Part shown: positions 39,431 through 48,993 of the stretch, in pieces
Layout: each line of letters opens with the position of its first letter
Numbering within the stretch: the first letter of the stretch is position 1
Assembly (NCBI GenBank): GCA_963675525.2
Contig: CAXXSL010000001.1
Span: forward strand, 128,001-192,000
Direction of reading: 5' to 3'
DNA: 64,000 nucleotides
DNA from: Anaerohalosphaeraceae bacterium
GTDB taxonomy: Bacteria; Planctomycetota; Phycisphaerae; Sedimentisphaerales; Anaerohalosphaeraceae
Made by a program: the position numbers and the translations under genes
The notes under the pieces: model-generated
What the model was told of the DNA's origin: nothing
Database searches by the model: none
What the model saw: the letters and a program-made list of their open reading frames with translations, nothing else

Positions 39431-40387
39431 TTGATTAGATTGGTTCATTATTCATTTCGGTTTGCTGAGCAAGTTTTAAACAGCCGGCTTTCTATTAAAA
39501 GGGAAATCGAAGAAATTCTTCAGAATTCAAGTATTAAACCTAAAGAACTTTCGCGTCCCCGTTTTAACGAAATTCTTGATGAGTTGTTTCAAGCTCATGG
39601 CTGGGAGAGTCAGCCGCAGGTTTTTCCAGAGCCTAAAGATCCTTCTGCCAAGATGGATTTTCTTAAAGATCGAGTGGGTGTTGAAGTGGCTTTTGGTCAC
39701 TCCTCCTTTATGGGGATAGATCTGTTAAAATTTCAAGTATCCTCCTATTCGGCACTTGATCAAATCGATAACAAAAGAAAAATTATTTCGGAGCGTTGCA
39801 AGGAACCTTTTGAAAATCTGGCTTATACGAAGGAAGTTATTGATGGGCTTTACACACTCATTGCCGGGGCAATCGGAGAAAGTGCTGTTGTAAAAGCTCT
39901 CCAACAACTATCAGATGATTTTTACCTATATAATGATTTTTCATTAAATTTTGATCCGCCCATATATAACAAGAATGATGATGACAGAATATTCAGCATT
40001 CAAATAGATCATCTACTTGTTTGCCGATCTGGGGTGTTCCTTCTCGAAACAAAAAATTGGAGCAGGCGATCAATAGAAAACTTTGACCTGAGGTCACCAG
40101 TCAAGCAGATTTTAAGAACTAACTATGCGTTATTTGTATTGCTAAATAGCGATTCAAAATTTAACGGTATCGAGCTTGAACATCATCATTGGGGTTCCAA
40201 GAAAATACCAATACGAAATGTTATTGTTATGACCAATGAAAAACCTAAAGAAGAATTCAAACATGTAAAAGTTTTGTCTCTAAGCGAGTTGAATGGTTAC
40301 ATTCAATATTTTGAGGAATTGTTTAGTGATAAAGAAGTTGAAAGCATCTTCGAATACTTAAAAAATAGAATGAATAAAAATCCATAA
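39431..40387 (+). CDS. Chimeric nuclease-like ORF: BglII/BstYI-like N-part joined to a NERD-domain C-part
   Basis: FQAHGW...MDFLKDRVGVEVAFGH..DLLKF (aa about 50-102), then GAIGESAV..L...QIDHLLVCRSGVFLLETKNWS. Confidence 0.65.
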   Translation: MIRLVHYSFRFAEQVLNSRLSIKREIEEILQNSSIKPKELSRPRFNEILDELFQAHGWESQPQVFPEPKDPSAKMDFLKDRVGVEVAFGHSSFMGIDLLKFQVSSYSALDQIDNKRKIISERCKEPFENLAYTKEVIDGLYTLIAGAIGESAVVKALQQLSDDFYLYNDFSLNFDPPIYNKNDDDRIFSIQIDHLLVCRSGVFLLETKNWSRRSIENFDLRSPVKQILRTNYALFVLLNSDSKFNGIELEHHHWGSKKIPIRNVIVMTNEKPKEEFKHVKVLSLSELNGYIQYFEELFSDKEVESIFEYLKNRMNKNP

Positions 40388-40416
40388 GGAAATTGATTCT
40401 TAAAGTAACGTGATTG

Positions 40417-40638
40417 TTCGACCCCGCTGGGGTCGGTGGGTGTGGGGTGTGATTGCTTTCCCCGGGTTTCGCCCGGGGCTATTATTGTTTAAGCCCGTTG
40501 GGCTTATGGGATTTTTTGATATTTATGTCGCCCGCTGCGCGGACTCACAGAGGGGGATTGCGATTTTCATCCACGCCCTGACGGGCGAGGCTACAACATG
40601 ACGTCTGCTGCGCAGACTTTGGATTGACGATTGACGAA
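40417..40638 (+). repeat. About 220 bp palindrome-rich direct repeat, copy A
   Basis: Near-identical to 41059-41282; contains hairpins CGACCCC-GCT-GGGGTCG and CCCCGGG-TTTCG-CCCGGGG. Confidence 0.9.
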
Positions 40639-41058
40639 CACGGACGATCATGGACAGAATGGACGGGGTGGATGTTTCGATTTTCTATTGATAATTGAAT
40701 AATGGGGGAGTTTTATTCTTCCGCCGCAATACTACGGGTGAAAACCCGTAGATGAAGTTAGCCGCCTCTGGCGGGCGGGCGAAGCCCGAAAAGGCAAATA
40801 CTATGGGTGTTAACCCATAGAAATTTATTCGACCCCCCATTCGGCTACGCTCAGGGCAGGCTTTAGGGTCGGTGGGTGTGGGGTGTTAGTATTGTCATGT
40901 TATATTGCCCTTACAGGGCGTGATGTGGTTATGGGGGCCACGGTCCCAGGGCGTTGCCCTGGGCTAAGTTATTCTGCACCTTCGGTGCGTTTTTTGAAGT
41001 TACCGGTCCCCTCTCCCTTTCGATTTTCTATTGATTATTGAATAATGGGGGAGTTTTC

Positions 41059-41282
41059 TTCGACCCCGTTGGGGTCGGTGGGTGTGGGGTGTGATTGCTT
41101 TCCCCGGGTTTCGCCCGGGGCTATTATTATTAAAGCCCTTCGGGCTTATGGAATTTTTCTGATATTTATGTCGCCCGCTGCGCGGGCTCACAGAGGGGGG
41201 ATTGCGATTTTCATCCACGCCCTGACGGGCGAGGCTACAACATGACGTCTGCTGCGCAGACTTTGGATTGACGATGGACGAA
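41059..41282 (+). repeat. About 220 bp palindrome-rich direct repeat, copy B
   Basis: Near-identical to 40417-40638. The ORF track shows duplicated spurious peptides ending GIAIFIHALTGEATT. Confidence 0.9.
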
Positions 41283-41445
41283 TGACGATGGACGAATTAT
41301 GATTGACGATTGACGATTGAGGAAGGAATAAAAGGGAGAAAGGGGGAGGATTGTCGAGTGAAGATGGACGATTGAGGAATGACGATTGACGAAGGAATAA
41401 AAGGGAGAAAGGGGGAGGATTGTCGAATGACGAATGACGAAGGGT
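41265..41445 (+). repeat. Heptamer-like tandem repeats (TGACGAT/TGACGAA) with a duplicated purine-rich block
   Basis: gattgacgat tgacgattga...; GAAGGAATAAAAGGGAGAAAGGGGGGAGGATTGTCGA at about 41322 and 41391. Confidence 0.75.
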
Positions 41446-41462
41446 GACAATTTTCAATTTCG

Positions 41463-41489
41463 CTGGATACCCGCCTTCGCGGGTATGAC
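41463..41489. repeat. REP-type palindrome (GTCATACCCGCGAAGGCGGGTATCCAG on the minus strand)
   Basis: Stem ATACCCGC-CTTC-GCGGGTAT; matches a widespread REP consensus as I recall it. Confidence 0.7.
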
Positions 41490-41511
41490 ATGAGGCAGTG
41501 GAGATGACAAT

Positions 41512-41538
41512 AAAAAAGCCCGGTTGTTTAAACCGGGC
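41512..41538 (-). terminator. rplU terminator
   Basis: GCCCGGTT-TAAAC-AACCGGGC followed by TTTTTT on the minus strand. Confidence 0.75.
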
Positions 41539-41569
41539 CTGGAGCTGACTGGGTATTGATAAAACGATA

Positions 41570-41899
41570 TTATGCTTCGATATCGTCGATGATCACCTGC
41601 AGGTACTTCTGGCGATGGCCTATACGTCGACTGCTGTTTTTACGACGACGAAAGTGCATGGGGTACAGTTTCGGACCCTTTTCTACGGCTTCATCGGCGG
41701 TGACTTTGAAGCTGGCAACCACCTTGGCGCCATCCAGATAGGGGGTTCCCACCTGAATTTTTTTGCCGTCACTGACAAACATGACCTTGTCCAGCACGAT
41801 GCTCTTTGCATCAGCCGGAGCATCGGTCAGTTCGATGTTAATGACGTCGCCTTTGGCAACCTTATATTGCTTACCGCCTTGTTCGATTACTGCGTACAT
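41570..41899 (-). CDS. rplU: 50S ribosomal protein L21
   Basis: GAGGAG then ATG 41899; MYAVIEQGGKQYKV..GD, VGTPYLDGAKV, RRRKNSSRRIGHRQKY. Confidence 0.95.
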   Translation of the reverse strand: MYAVIEQGGKQYKVAKGDVINIELTDAPADAKSIVLDKVMFVSDGKKIQVGTPYLDGAKVVASFKVTADEAVEKGPKLYPMHFRRRKNSSRRIGHRQKYLQVIIDDIEA

Positions 41900-42174
41900 G
41901 TAATAACTCCTCGCGGGACAAAGATTTATAATCGCGTTTTCTACACTTAATACAGAATGAAGTATTCTATGGATTTGAAGGGTGTTTGTAAAGTAAAAAT
42001 TGCAAAGTATCAATAAATCGATAAGTCGTTTAAATAAATAGAGTTACGGCTAAAGGGGCCAGTGCTTCCCAACGGGATTTAGGCAAATCTCTATTTTTTT
42101 TTGAGCCCTCTTGCATGTTTAGCCCCTGAAGGCTATGATTTGGGCAACTTTAACCCCGCAAGGAGAAATGCGAT

Positions 42175-43029
42175 ATGGACGTTGCGATGATCAACGATGA
42201 AATGCTCCCAATGAGCGAACTGTCTGCCCCGTATCTGGATCGCGGCATCTTTTTCGGCGATGGAGTTTATGAAGTTATCCGAAGCTATGATGGCCGGATT
42301 TTCGCCCTGGATGAGCACCTGGCCCGGTTCCGGCGTTCATTGCATGAGGTCCAAATAGACGACCCGTCTATTGAGACGGTTCGCGGGAAGATCTTAGAAG
42401 CCTTTGAAACAGCCGGGTACGCCAATGCCAGGATCTATTTTCATGTCACCCGCGGTTCTGAAGAACGCAACCACCTTCCGAGTCAGGGCTTACAGCCAAA
42501 CTTTTTTCTGACAATTGATCAACTGCATGATAATCCCGAAGCCAAACAAAAGGGGATCGCCGTCAGTACCCAACCGGACTGGCGATGGAAGCGATGCGAC
42601 ATTAAGTCGCTGAATTTACTGCCGAATGTGCTTGCGCGGATCGCCGCTGAAAAGCAGGGCGCATCCGAAGCGATTCTTGTAGGTGATGACGGAACAATTA
42701 CCGAGGGGGCGGGTTCGGCGTTTTTTGCGATTGATACCAAAGAACATGCGGTTATTACCCGCCCGCTGGGCCGTGAAATTCTGCCGTCGATTACCCGTGA
42801 AAAAGTGCTGTCAGTGTTGCCGAAAAAGCGGGTCTGAAAACACTCGAGCGGATTCTGACTCCCCGGCAGGCCGCCGATTGTGACGAACTTTTTCTTGCCG
42901 TAACGACCAAAGACGTCGTTCCGGTTACTCGTTTCGACGGCCAGATAGTCGGCAGCGGGCAGTGCGGACTCGCTCACGCAAAAGCTGGTCGAAGAATTCA
43001 AGGAATTTGTACGAAATAAAGCCCCGTGA
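42175..43029 (+). CDS. Class IV PLP aminotransferase (D-amino-acid aminotransferase-like), with frameshifts near 42811-42820 and about 42970
   Basis: DRGIFFGDGVYEVIR, HVTRG, RCDIKSLNLLPNVL, ITEG, ILPSITR. The C-terminus ELFLAVTTKDVVPVTRFDGQIVGSG and LTQKLVEEFKEFV lies in other frames, ending TGA 43029. Confidence 0.8.
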
Positions 43030-43133
43030 TTTTCGATTGTTGATTTGAGATTTGACAGGCTTCAAACGGCCGATTAGAATAATGCTGATCATAAACAATT
43101 AGGAAACGAACGGCTGAAACGAAAGGGATAATT

Positions 43134-43460
43134 ATGGCTGGTAATGTAATTGAACTGACCGATGCGACATTCGAATCAACCATCAGCGGCACAGGGCCGA
43201 CACTTGTGGATTTCTGGGCCCCGTGGTGCGGTCCCTGCAAGATGCTGACGCCGGTGATTGAAGAAATCGCCGATGAATATCACGGCAAGGCGACTATCTG
43301 CAAGATGAATACTGATGACCATCGCGATGCGGCTATCGAATACGCCATCAGTGCCATCCCGACGATTATCCTTTTCAACGGCGGAGAGGTGGTCAAAAAA
43401 TGGGTTGGTTTGACAACCAAGCAGGATATGACGGATGCGATCGACGAATTGGTTGGCTAA
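43134..43460 (+). CDS. trxA: Thioredoxin
   Basis: LVDFWAPWCGPCK, IPTIILF; 108 aa. Confidence 0.95.
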   Translation: MAGNVIELTDATFESTISGTGPTLVDFWAPWCGPCKMLTPVIEEIADEYHGKATICKMNTDDHRDAAIEYAISAIPTIILFNGGEVVKKWVGLTTKQDMTDAIDELVG

Positions 43461-43543
43461 TCTGACGCGTAATTTTGCGTAAAAAAGAGAAATTTTGGTG
43501 CTATAGCCTTGTAATAAAATGAGTTTTTTGTTATAAGTGAAGA

Positions 43544-43620
43544 AAGCTCCTTCTGCCGCCTGTGGAAGCCCAGGAAAGCGCACGCTTTTCACAACGGGTC
43601 TGCAGGCGGTCTTTTTTTTT
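43544..43620 (+). ncRNA. Candidate small RNA or long hairpin terminator
   Basis: Promoter-like TTGTAA-N17-TATAAG (43509-43537), long hairpin CCGCCTG...CAGGCGG, T9 tail. Confidence 0.35.
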
Positions 43621-43731
43621 CAATTTTCAGCGTTCTGGCATATTTTCTTGTCCCCAAATGGGGTAGTGGTATAATAACTGCACGGATTGAGGGCACTGTA
43701 TTCGGAAGACTGAATCTAAAAAGGGTTGATT

Positions 43732-44124
43732 ATGGATGAAAACTCTCATGAAAAGCCTCGAACGTTGATTGTCGAAGATGACCCCGGACACCAGCGGCTT
43801 ATAGAACTTTATCTGAAACGGGCAGGCTGTGTTTGCGATTTTGCCTTTGATGGAAAATCAGGACTGGAAAAAGCGAAGACGGAAGATTATGATATCATTT
43901 TTATGGATTTGAATATTCCCGAGATGGATGGTTTCATGGTCGCGACGCTCTTACGGGAGCAGGGCAATCAAACTCCCATGGTTGCAGTAACAGCGCTTGA
44001 GATTGAGGGGGTTAAACGAAAAGCCCAAATGGTAGGTTACAATGACTTTTTGGCGAAACCTTTTGCGCAATCCGCTATAGTTGCATTACTGGAAAAATAT
44101 TTCCCGGGTCATGTCCAACGTTGA
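43732..44124 (+). CDS. Single-domain response regulator (receiver)
   Basis: LIVEDD, DIIFMDLNIPEMDG, VAVTA, FLAKPF. Own promoter-like TTGTCC-N16-TATAAT at 43648-43675. Confidence 0.9.
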   Translation: MDENSHEKPRTLIVEDDPGHQRLIELYLKRAGCVCDFAFDGKSGLEKAKTEDYDIIFMDLNIPEMDGFMVATLLREQGNQTPMVAVTALEIEGVKRKAQMVGYNDFLAKPFAQSAIVALLEKYFPGHVQR

Positions 44125-44270
44125 CAGACGCACAACTCCGGGTGTGCGAAGATGTCGGCCGCATTTTTTCTACTGAGAAATAACCGTATCACCGGATCGC
44201 GTTGCAATAAATTTACTCAAAAAGGCGAAAATGACGATAAAGAGATTGTTTTTACGATTTACTGTGATTA

Positions 44271-45893
44271 ATGGAGAAAATAAAAAACCCGATGTTTAAA
44301 GGATTTCGACAGATCGCTTTTTTGACGGTAATCAGCCGGGTTTTCGGAATGGTTCGGGATATGGCATTCTCGTACTTTTTCGGCCTGAGCGGAATGATGG
44401 ATATTTGGGCGATTGCTTTCATGATCCCCAACTTGTCTCGGCGTATTTTCGGTGAGGGCGCTGCCTCATCTTCATTGATTCCTGTTTACAGCGAAGCACT
44501 GAAAAAAGAGAAAGCGTATTCCGTCGATCTGGCCCGGACAGTAGTGACGGTTGTCTTTGTAATACTGGCGGCGGTCGTTATTGCCGGCGAAATAGGCATC
44601 TGGGTTTACTGTAAACACTATGACCCGATTCCGAACACCCGTCGGATGCTATTGTTGGTAGCGATTATGCTGCCGTATATGTGCCTGATTTGCACGGTAG
44701 CAATTCTGGCCGGACTGCTCAATTCTCACCGGCACTTTGCGATGCCCGCAGCGGCACCCATCATGCTTAATCTCATTATCATCAGCATTCTCTGTATCAG
44801 TGGTTGGGGCTTTAAGATAATCCCCGAAAAACAGGTTTTTGTGCTTGCTGTCGGAGTGCTTTTTGCGGGGGGGGTTCAACTTCTGATGCAGATTGTGCCG
44901 TTGACAAGGCACGGGGTTATTTTGCGACCGGCCTGGTATGTCCAAACCGAGGCCTTCAAAAAAATCATGTATCTGATGGGGCCCATGATCCTGGGGTTAA
45001 CTGTAACGCAGTTGAATACGCTTGCCGATGGGGTTATTGCCAAGTGGCTCTCGGCCTCCGACCAAAAAGGCGAAACCTTGATGTGGCTTGGCAGAGAAGT
45101 GGCGTATCCGGCACGTCAGGGGGCTGTTGCCAGCCTGTATTTTGCACAGCGGTTGTATCAATTCCCCTTGGGAGTACTGGGGATTTCACTGGCAACGGCA
45201 ATCTTCCCTATACTGAGTGCCGCCGCAGCGGATAAAGATGAAAAATTGCTTCGCCAAACGATTCAGCGAGGATTTGCCGCGGCTATTTTTATTGCGATGC
45301 CTGCGACAATCGGACTCTTGCTTGTTTCACGTCCCTTGACAGCCGTTCTTTATCAGCATGGTCAATTTGGTCGCGAGGACACGCTGCAAGTGCAGATGGT
45401 GTTAATTTTTTACTCGCTCGGCCTGTGCGGATATTTTCTTCAGCAACTGGTAACACGGGCGTTTTATTCGATGAAAGATTCCAAATGGCCGGCACGTACC
45501 GCGATGATTGCTGTTGCAGTCAATATTGTGTTAAACCTGACACTGATCTGGCCGTTGGGCGTCAGTGGGTTGGCGTTATCCACCGCGATTTGCTCCTATT
45601 TACAGGTTCTCATTTTACTGGTCCTTTTGAGTCGTAAATTCAAGTTCACTATCTCGAAGAACGTGCTGTCTTTATCGGCGAAAACGATTATTGCAACGGC
45701 ACTAATGGCAGGAGCCGGGTGGGTTACCCTAAAGCTTATGCCCGAACAGACGTCCCATAAGACAGGCGACCTTATACAGGTTGTCACGTTGGTAGCTGTG
45801 TGTTCCGGGGTATACATTGTCGTATCACACAGGTTAGGTAATCCGATGCTGTCATTGCTGTTTAAAGCACGAAAAAACCCGAAAATCACTTAA
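44271..45893 (+). CDS. murJ: Lipid II flippase MurJ (MviN)
   Basis: SRVFGMVRD, AFMIPNLSRRIFGEGA, AQRLYQFPLGVLG, RAFYSMKDSKWP. Confidence 0.92.
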   Translation: MEKIKNPMFKGFRQIAFLTVISRVFGMVRDMAFSYFFGLSGMMDIWAIAFMIPNLSRRIFGEGAASSSLIPVYSEALKKEKAYSVDLARTVVTVVFVILAAVVIAGEIGIWVYCKHYDPIPNTRRMLLLVAIMLPYMCLICTVAILAGLLNSHRHFAMPAAAPIMLNLIIISILCISGWGFKIIPEKQVFVLAVGVLFAGGVQLLMQIVPLTRHGVILRPAWYVQTEAFKKIMYLMGPMILGLTVTQLNTLADGVIAKWLSASDQKGETLMWLGREVAYPARQGAVASLYFAQRLYQFPLGVLGISLATAIFPILSAAAADKDEKLLRQTIQRGFAAAIFIAMPATIGLLLVSRPLTAVLYQHGQFGREDTLQVQMVLIFYSLGLCGYFLQQLVTRAFYSMKDSKWPARTAMIAVAVNIVLNLTLIWPLGVSGLALSTAICSYLQVLILLVLLSRKFKFTISKNVLSLSAKTIIATALMAGAGWVTLKLMPEQTSHKTGDLIQVVTLVAVCSGVYIVVSHRLGNPMLSLLFKARKNPKIT

Positions 45894-46008
45894 AAACACT
45901 CTGTATACAGCCGATGAACTCTTTTGCCGGGAGTATTTGACGGATAATGACCCTCTGGATATAATACCGGCAAGAATACGGATTTATAGTTATGTGGGCA
46001 AATCATAA

Positions 46009-48372
46009 ATGTTTGGAGAACGAATGATCAGCCAGAGCAGCTTTAGACTTGCAATTATCAGTATATTTATATCTTTCTTTTCAGGAACGGTACTTTCTGA
46101 GGCACTTGAACCGGAAGCATTGTTTTCCCAGAATACGGCAGAGATCTTTATTCAGCAGGCACGCCAGGTTTATCGCCATGACCCGTTGGACCCTCAGGGG
46201 ATTGAGTATGCGATGACCTTTCTGGAGGCCGCATTGGCTTTGGATGAAGGGTCTGCTTCTGTACCCGAACAAATCCTGAAGATCGCTGCTTGCGGAGGTT
46301 ATTGCAATAGAGATTATTCCAATCGCCTATTATGGGCGATGGATCGCCATGTCGATAAGCAAGCCGATCTGGAACTTTTGACGGGGGCCGTTCGTTCTTT
46401 GCTGGAACAGCAAAATTCGCGTTTGGATCGTGAAGTGCTTTTGGAAGGGCTGTTGAAAAAGTATGCTCCGAAAAATGAAACATTTGGTTCTGATCTGGCG
46501 ACACAATTGGGACTCCTGGCCGCAGAGAAGGCGGACATGCAAAGCGCGATGGATGATCTGGCGTATGCCTACCAGTTGAATCGTTATAATCGACTGGCTT
46601 TTATTAAGCTGCAGGAGTTATCCGCTGGTCAGGAACTTTCGGTAACCCCCGAGGTTTATCTGCTGCAATTACGGTCGGCATTGGATGTCAGCCCTTATAA
46701 CATGGATCACATTCTGGCCTATGCCCAAACACTTACCCGGATGCAGATGTACGATGCGGCAGGACGAGCGTATGAATATGCCGCCCAGTTGTATCAGTTT
46801 TCATTTCCTGAGCGACCTCTGGACGAATCGATTTTGCTGCCTTGGCTATTATGCTGTTATCAGGCCCCCCGCCAGGAAACCAAGTGTATAGAGATTGCCG
46901 AAAAGTACCGTGACCCGGCGCGGTTTGACCTAATGCTCGAAGCGGTTTCAGGGAAGGCCTCGGTGAAACTCGGACAGGTTGAAAAAGGCAAAGAGATTCT
47001 GGATACCACTGGAAAGAAGGCCGAAAAGCTGCTTTCGGCAAAGGGCTTGATGAAGCCGATTTACCCGGAGCAACTGGCATGGTTTTACAGTTTTGTTCTG
47101 GAACGCCCGGACAAGGCACTGGCATGGGCCAATCAAGCCTATAAAGAAGCCCCACAACGTCAAGGTGTTCAGGAAATATTTGCTTATACCCTGTCTCAAA
47201 GCGATCAATTGGAGTTGGCAAAGGAGTATGCCGAATCATTACAGAATTCAAGCCAGGTTGCATCATTGACGATGGGGTTGGCATTGCTCGCCGAACAGAA
47301 CCAGCTGTCGCGGGCGCTGGAATTGCTCAGATCCGCTGTGGCGATGCAGCCGGAATCTTTTGCTGCTGAGAAAGCACTTTGGTTATTGAAAAATCAAAAC
47401 TCGGATTACATTCTGCCGATATCTGTAACCACTGCTCAGGCGGAGCTGAAAAAGGTTTACGAAGGCCATCTTGTTCCGGAGTTTGTCCTGCCACAAAAAC
47501 GGTTTTCAGGGAAACTGGTATTTAATGGGTCCGAATTTTTCTATGGCAATGATCTTTCTCCGAGGTTGATCATTGAAAACATCGGGACGGATCCTTTAAT
47601 GATCGGTCCGGGGAGCCTCATTGAAGGAAGACTAAGAGTCGATGTGTCTTTGAAGGGGGATTTGAATGTTGAAATTCCTGATCTTCTTTCCATGAAGTTT
47701 CGTCCTTCTCGTCCGGTATTGCCCGGCGAACATCTTTCTGTGTCCCTGCCGCTGGATATCGGAAAACTCAATAAATTATTGCTAACCTATCCTCAAGCGA
47801 ATGTGGAGATACTTTTTTCGGTTTATCTCGATCCGGTCTTGGATGAAAATGGCCGGGTTGAAAATGCGTTGAAGGGAACCGAACCCATTCGAGGTCGAAT
47901 TCAACGAGATGGTGTTGTTTTGACTCGGGATTACCTGATGCAGCGACTGGAATCGCTTTCCAATGGGCAGCAGGGGCAGCAGATTCGTGCAGTCAAACTG
48001 TTTGCCGGGTTGTTGGCTGAACAAAAGGTTTTTGAGATCAGCCATGCCGATTTCCAACATGTCAAAGTACCACAGGAGTTACTGCAGGACGCAGTACGCC
48101 GTGCTCTTAAGGATGAAAGTTGGAAAATTCGAATTCAGGCTCTTGAATGTCTTGCTTCTCTGTCTATGCCGCTTGATTCCCAATTGATAGAGGATATTTC
48201 ACAGAACCTGAACCATGAAAAATGGCCCGTTCGATTGATAGCTATGTATTTGTTAGCCAATATGCAGCCCCAGACGTTCCAGAATGTCCTTGATTGGACC
48301 GCGCAACATGATCCTTATCCTATCAACCGACGTATGGCCGTTGCTCTGGGGGCGAAAGAGTCAAAACCCTGA
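46009..48372 (+). CDS. Exported hypothetical protein with TPR-like repeats and C-terminal HEAT-like repeats
   Basis: Signal-like N-terminus; helical repeats; LKDESWKIRIQAL and LNHEKWPVRLIAM. Confidence 0.65.
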   Translation: MFGERMISQSSFRLAIISIFISFFSGTVLSEALEPEALFSQNTAEIFIQQARQVYRHDPLDPQGIEYAMTFLEAALALDEGSASVPEQILKIAACGGYCNRDYSNRLLWAMDRHVDKQADLELLTGAVRSLLEQQNSRLDREVLLEGLLKKYAPKNETFGSDLATQLGLLAAEKADMQSAMDDLAYAYQLNRYNRLAFIKLQELSAGQELSVTPEVYLLQLRSALDVSPYNMDHILAYAQTLTRMQMYDAAGRAYEYAAQLYQFSFPERPLDESILLPWLLCCYQAPRQETKCIEIAEKYRDPARFDLMLEAVSGKASVKLGQVEKGKEILDTTGKKAEKLLSAKGLMKPIYPEQLAWFYSFVLERPDKALAWANQAYKEAPQRQGVQEIFAYTLSQSDQLELAKEYAESLQNSSQVASLTMGLALLAEQNQLSRALELLRSAVAMQPESFAAEKALWLLKNQNSDYILPISVTTAQAELKKVYEGHLVPEFVLPQKRFSGKLVFNGSEFFYGNDLSPRLIIENIGTDPLMIGPGSLIEGRLRVDVSLKGDLNVEIPDLLSMKFRPSRPVLPGEHLSVSLPLDIGKLNKLLLTYPQANVEILFSVYLDPVLDENGRVENALKGTEPIRGRIQRDGVVLTRDYLMQRLESLSNGQQGQQIRAVKLFAGLLAEQKVFEISHADFQHVKVPQELLQDAVRRALKDESWKIRIQALECLASLSMPLDSQLIEDISQNLNHEKWPVRLIAMYLLANMQPQTFQNVLDWTAQHDPYPINRRMAVALGAKESKP

Positions 48373-48538
48373 TTTTCCTTAAACGTATATAGGTTTTATT
48401 CAATTTTTCGGTCTTAAAACGCGTTTTTTTATATTTTTCTAAAAAAAGTATTTGTATTCAATCCCAAATTTTTGTAAACTTCCCAACCTGTTTAGAGAGT
48501 TATAGAAGAGAAATAAAACCGTTTGAAAGGATGTGACA

Positions 48539-48712
48539 ATGCCGGCAAAAGTAAATGCAGATACATGCACAGGTTGTGGTGCTTGCGTGGATTCTTGTCC
48601 CAGTGAAGCAATTGAAATGCAGGATGGCAAAGCCGTTATTGATCCTGATAAGTGTGTTGATTGCGGTGTATGTGTGGACGAGTGTCCCGTTGAAGCGATC
48701 AGCATGGAGTAA
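48539..48712 (+). CDS. 2x[4Fe-4S] ferredoxin (57 aa, below the ORF-track cutoff)
   Basis: [57 protein letters not shown]; two CxxCxxCxxxCP motifs; GAAAGGA SD. Confidence 0.95.
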   Translation: MPAKVNADTCTGCGACVDSCPSEAIEMQDGKAVIDPDKCVDCGVCVDECPVEAISME

Positions 48713-48728
48713 GACATTTAGCAGTAGG

Positions 48729-48803
48729 GGTCCCATCGTCTAGTCGGGCCTAGGACACCGGGTTTTCAACCCGGCAACAGGGGTTCGAATCCCCTTGGGA
48801 CTA
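48729..48803 (+). tRNA. tRNA-Glu(TTC)
   Basis: Acceptor GGTCCCA/TGGGACT, anticodon arm CCGGG-TTTTCAA-CCCGG, T-arm AGGGG-TTCGAAT-CCCCT; CCA not encoded. Confidence 0.95.
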
Positions 48804-48806
48804 TCG

Positions 48807-48840
48807 GGTGCGAATCGTTAAGATTCGCACCTTTTTTTTT
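48807..48840 (+). terminator. Intrinsic terminator after ferredoxin-tRNA-Glu
   Basis: GGTGCGAATC-GTTAA-GATTCGCACC followed by T9. Confidence 0.9.
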
Positions 48841-48993
48841 ACGCTCGTAAATTAATGCATTCAATAGTACTGTATCATCCCCCTGGTTCTATATTATCGC
48901 GCGGAATATAGCTCGTCAAAAACATGAATTGTGTTTGACGGAGATTTTGTATATAATAACAGACACAGAAAAATTATCTTTTGATACTTCTGC

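Noticed and set aside
40410..41491. Short ORFs 40410..40601, 41000..41218, 41045..41245, 41188..41457, 41235..41450 and 41297..41491
   Set aside because: These are translations of palindromic and heptamer repeats (SSIVNRQSSI-type low complexity).
40410..41500. Possible CRISPR array or integron attC array
   Set aside because: The repeats are irregular in length and spacing, have no unique equal-length spacers or intervening cassette ORFs, and no cas or integrase gene is in the window.
43544..43620. SRP RNA or a known riboswitch
   Set aside because: Lacks the SRP GNRA tetraloop/AGCAG motif and matches no aptamer consensus I recognise; kept only as a candidate sRNA.
48555..48743. ORF-track peptides 48555..48743, 48439..48717 and 48500..48736
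   Set aside because: Off-frame or antisense shadows of the real ferredoxin at 48539-48712.
48729..48803. tRNA-Glu as an integration site
   Set aside because: It is followed directly by its terminator and a housekeeping-type gene; I saw no integrase or duplicated 3' end.
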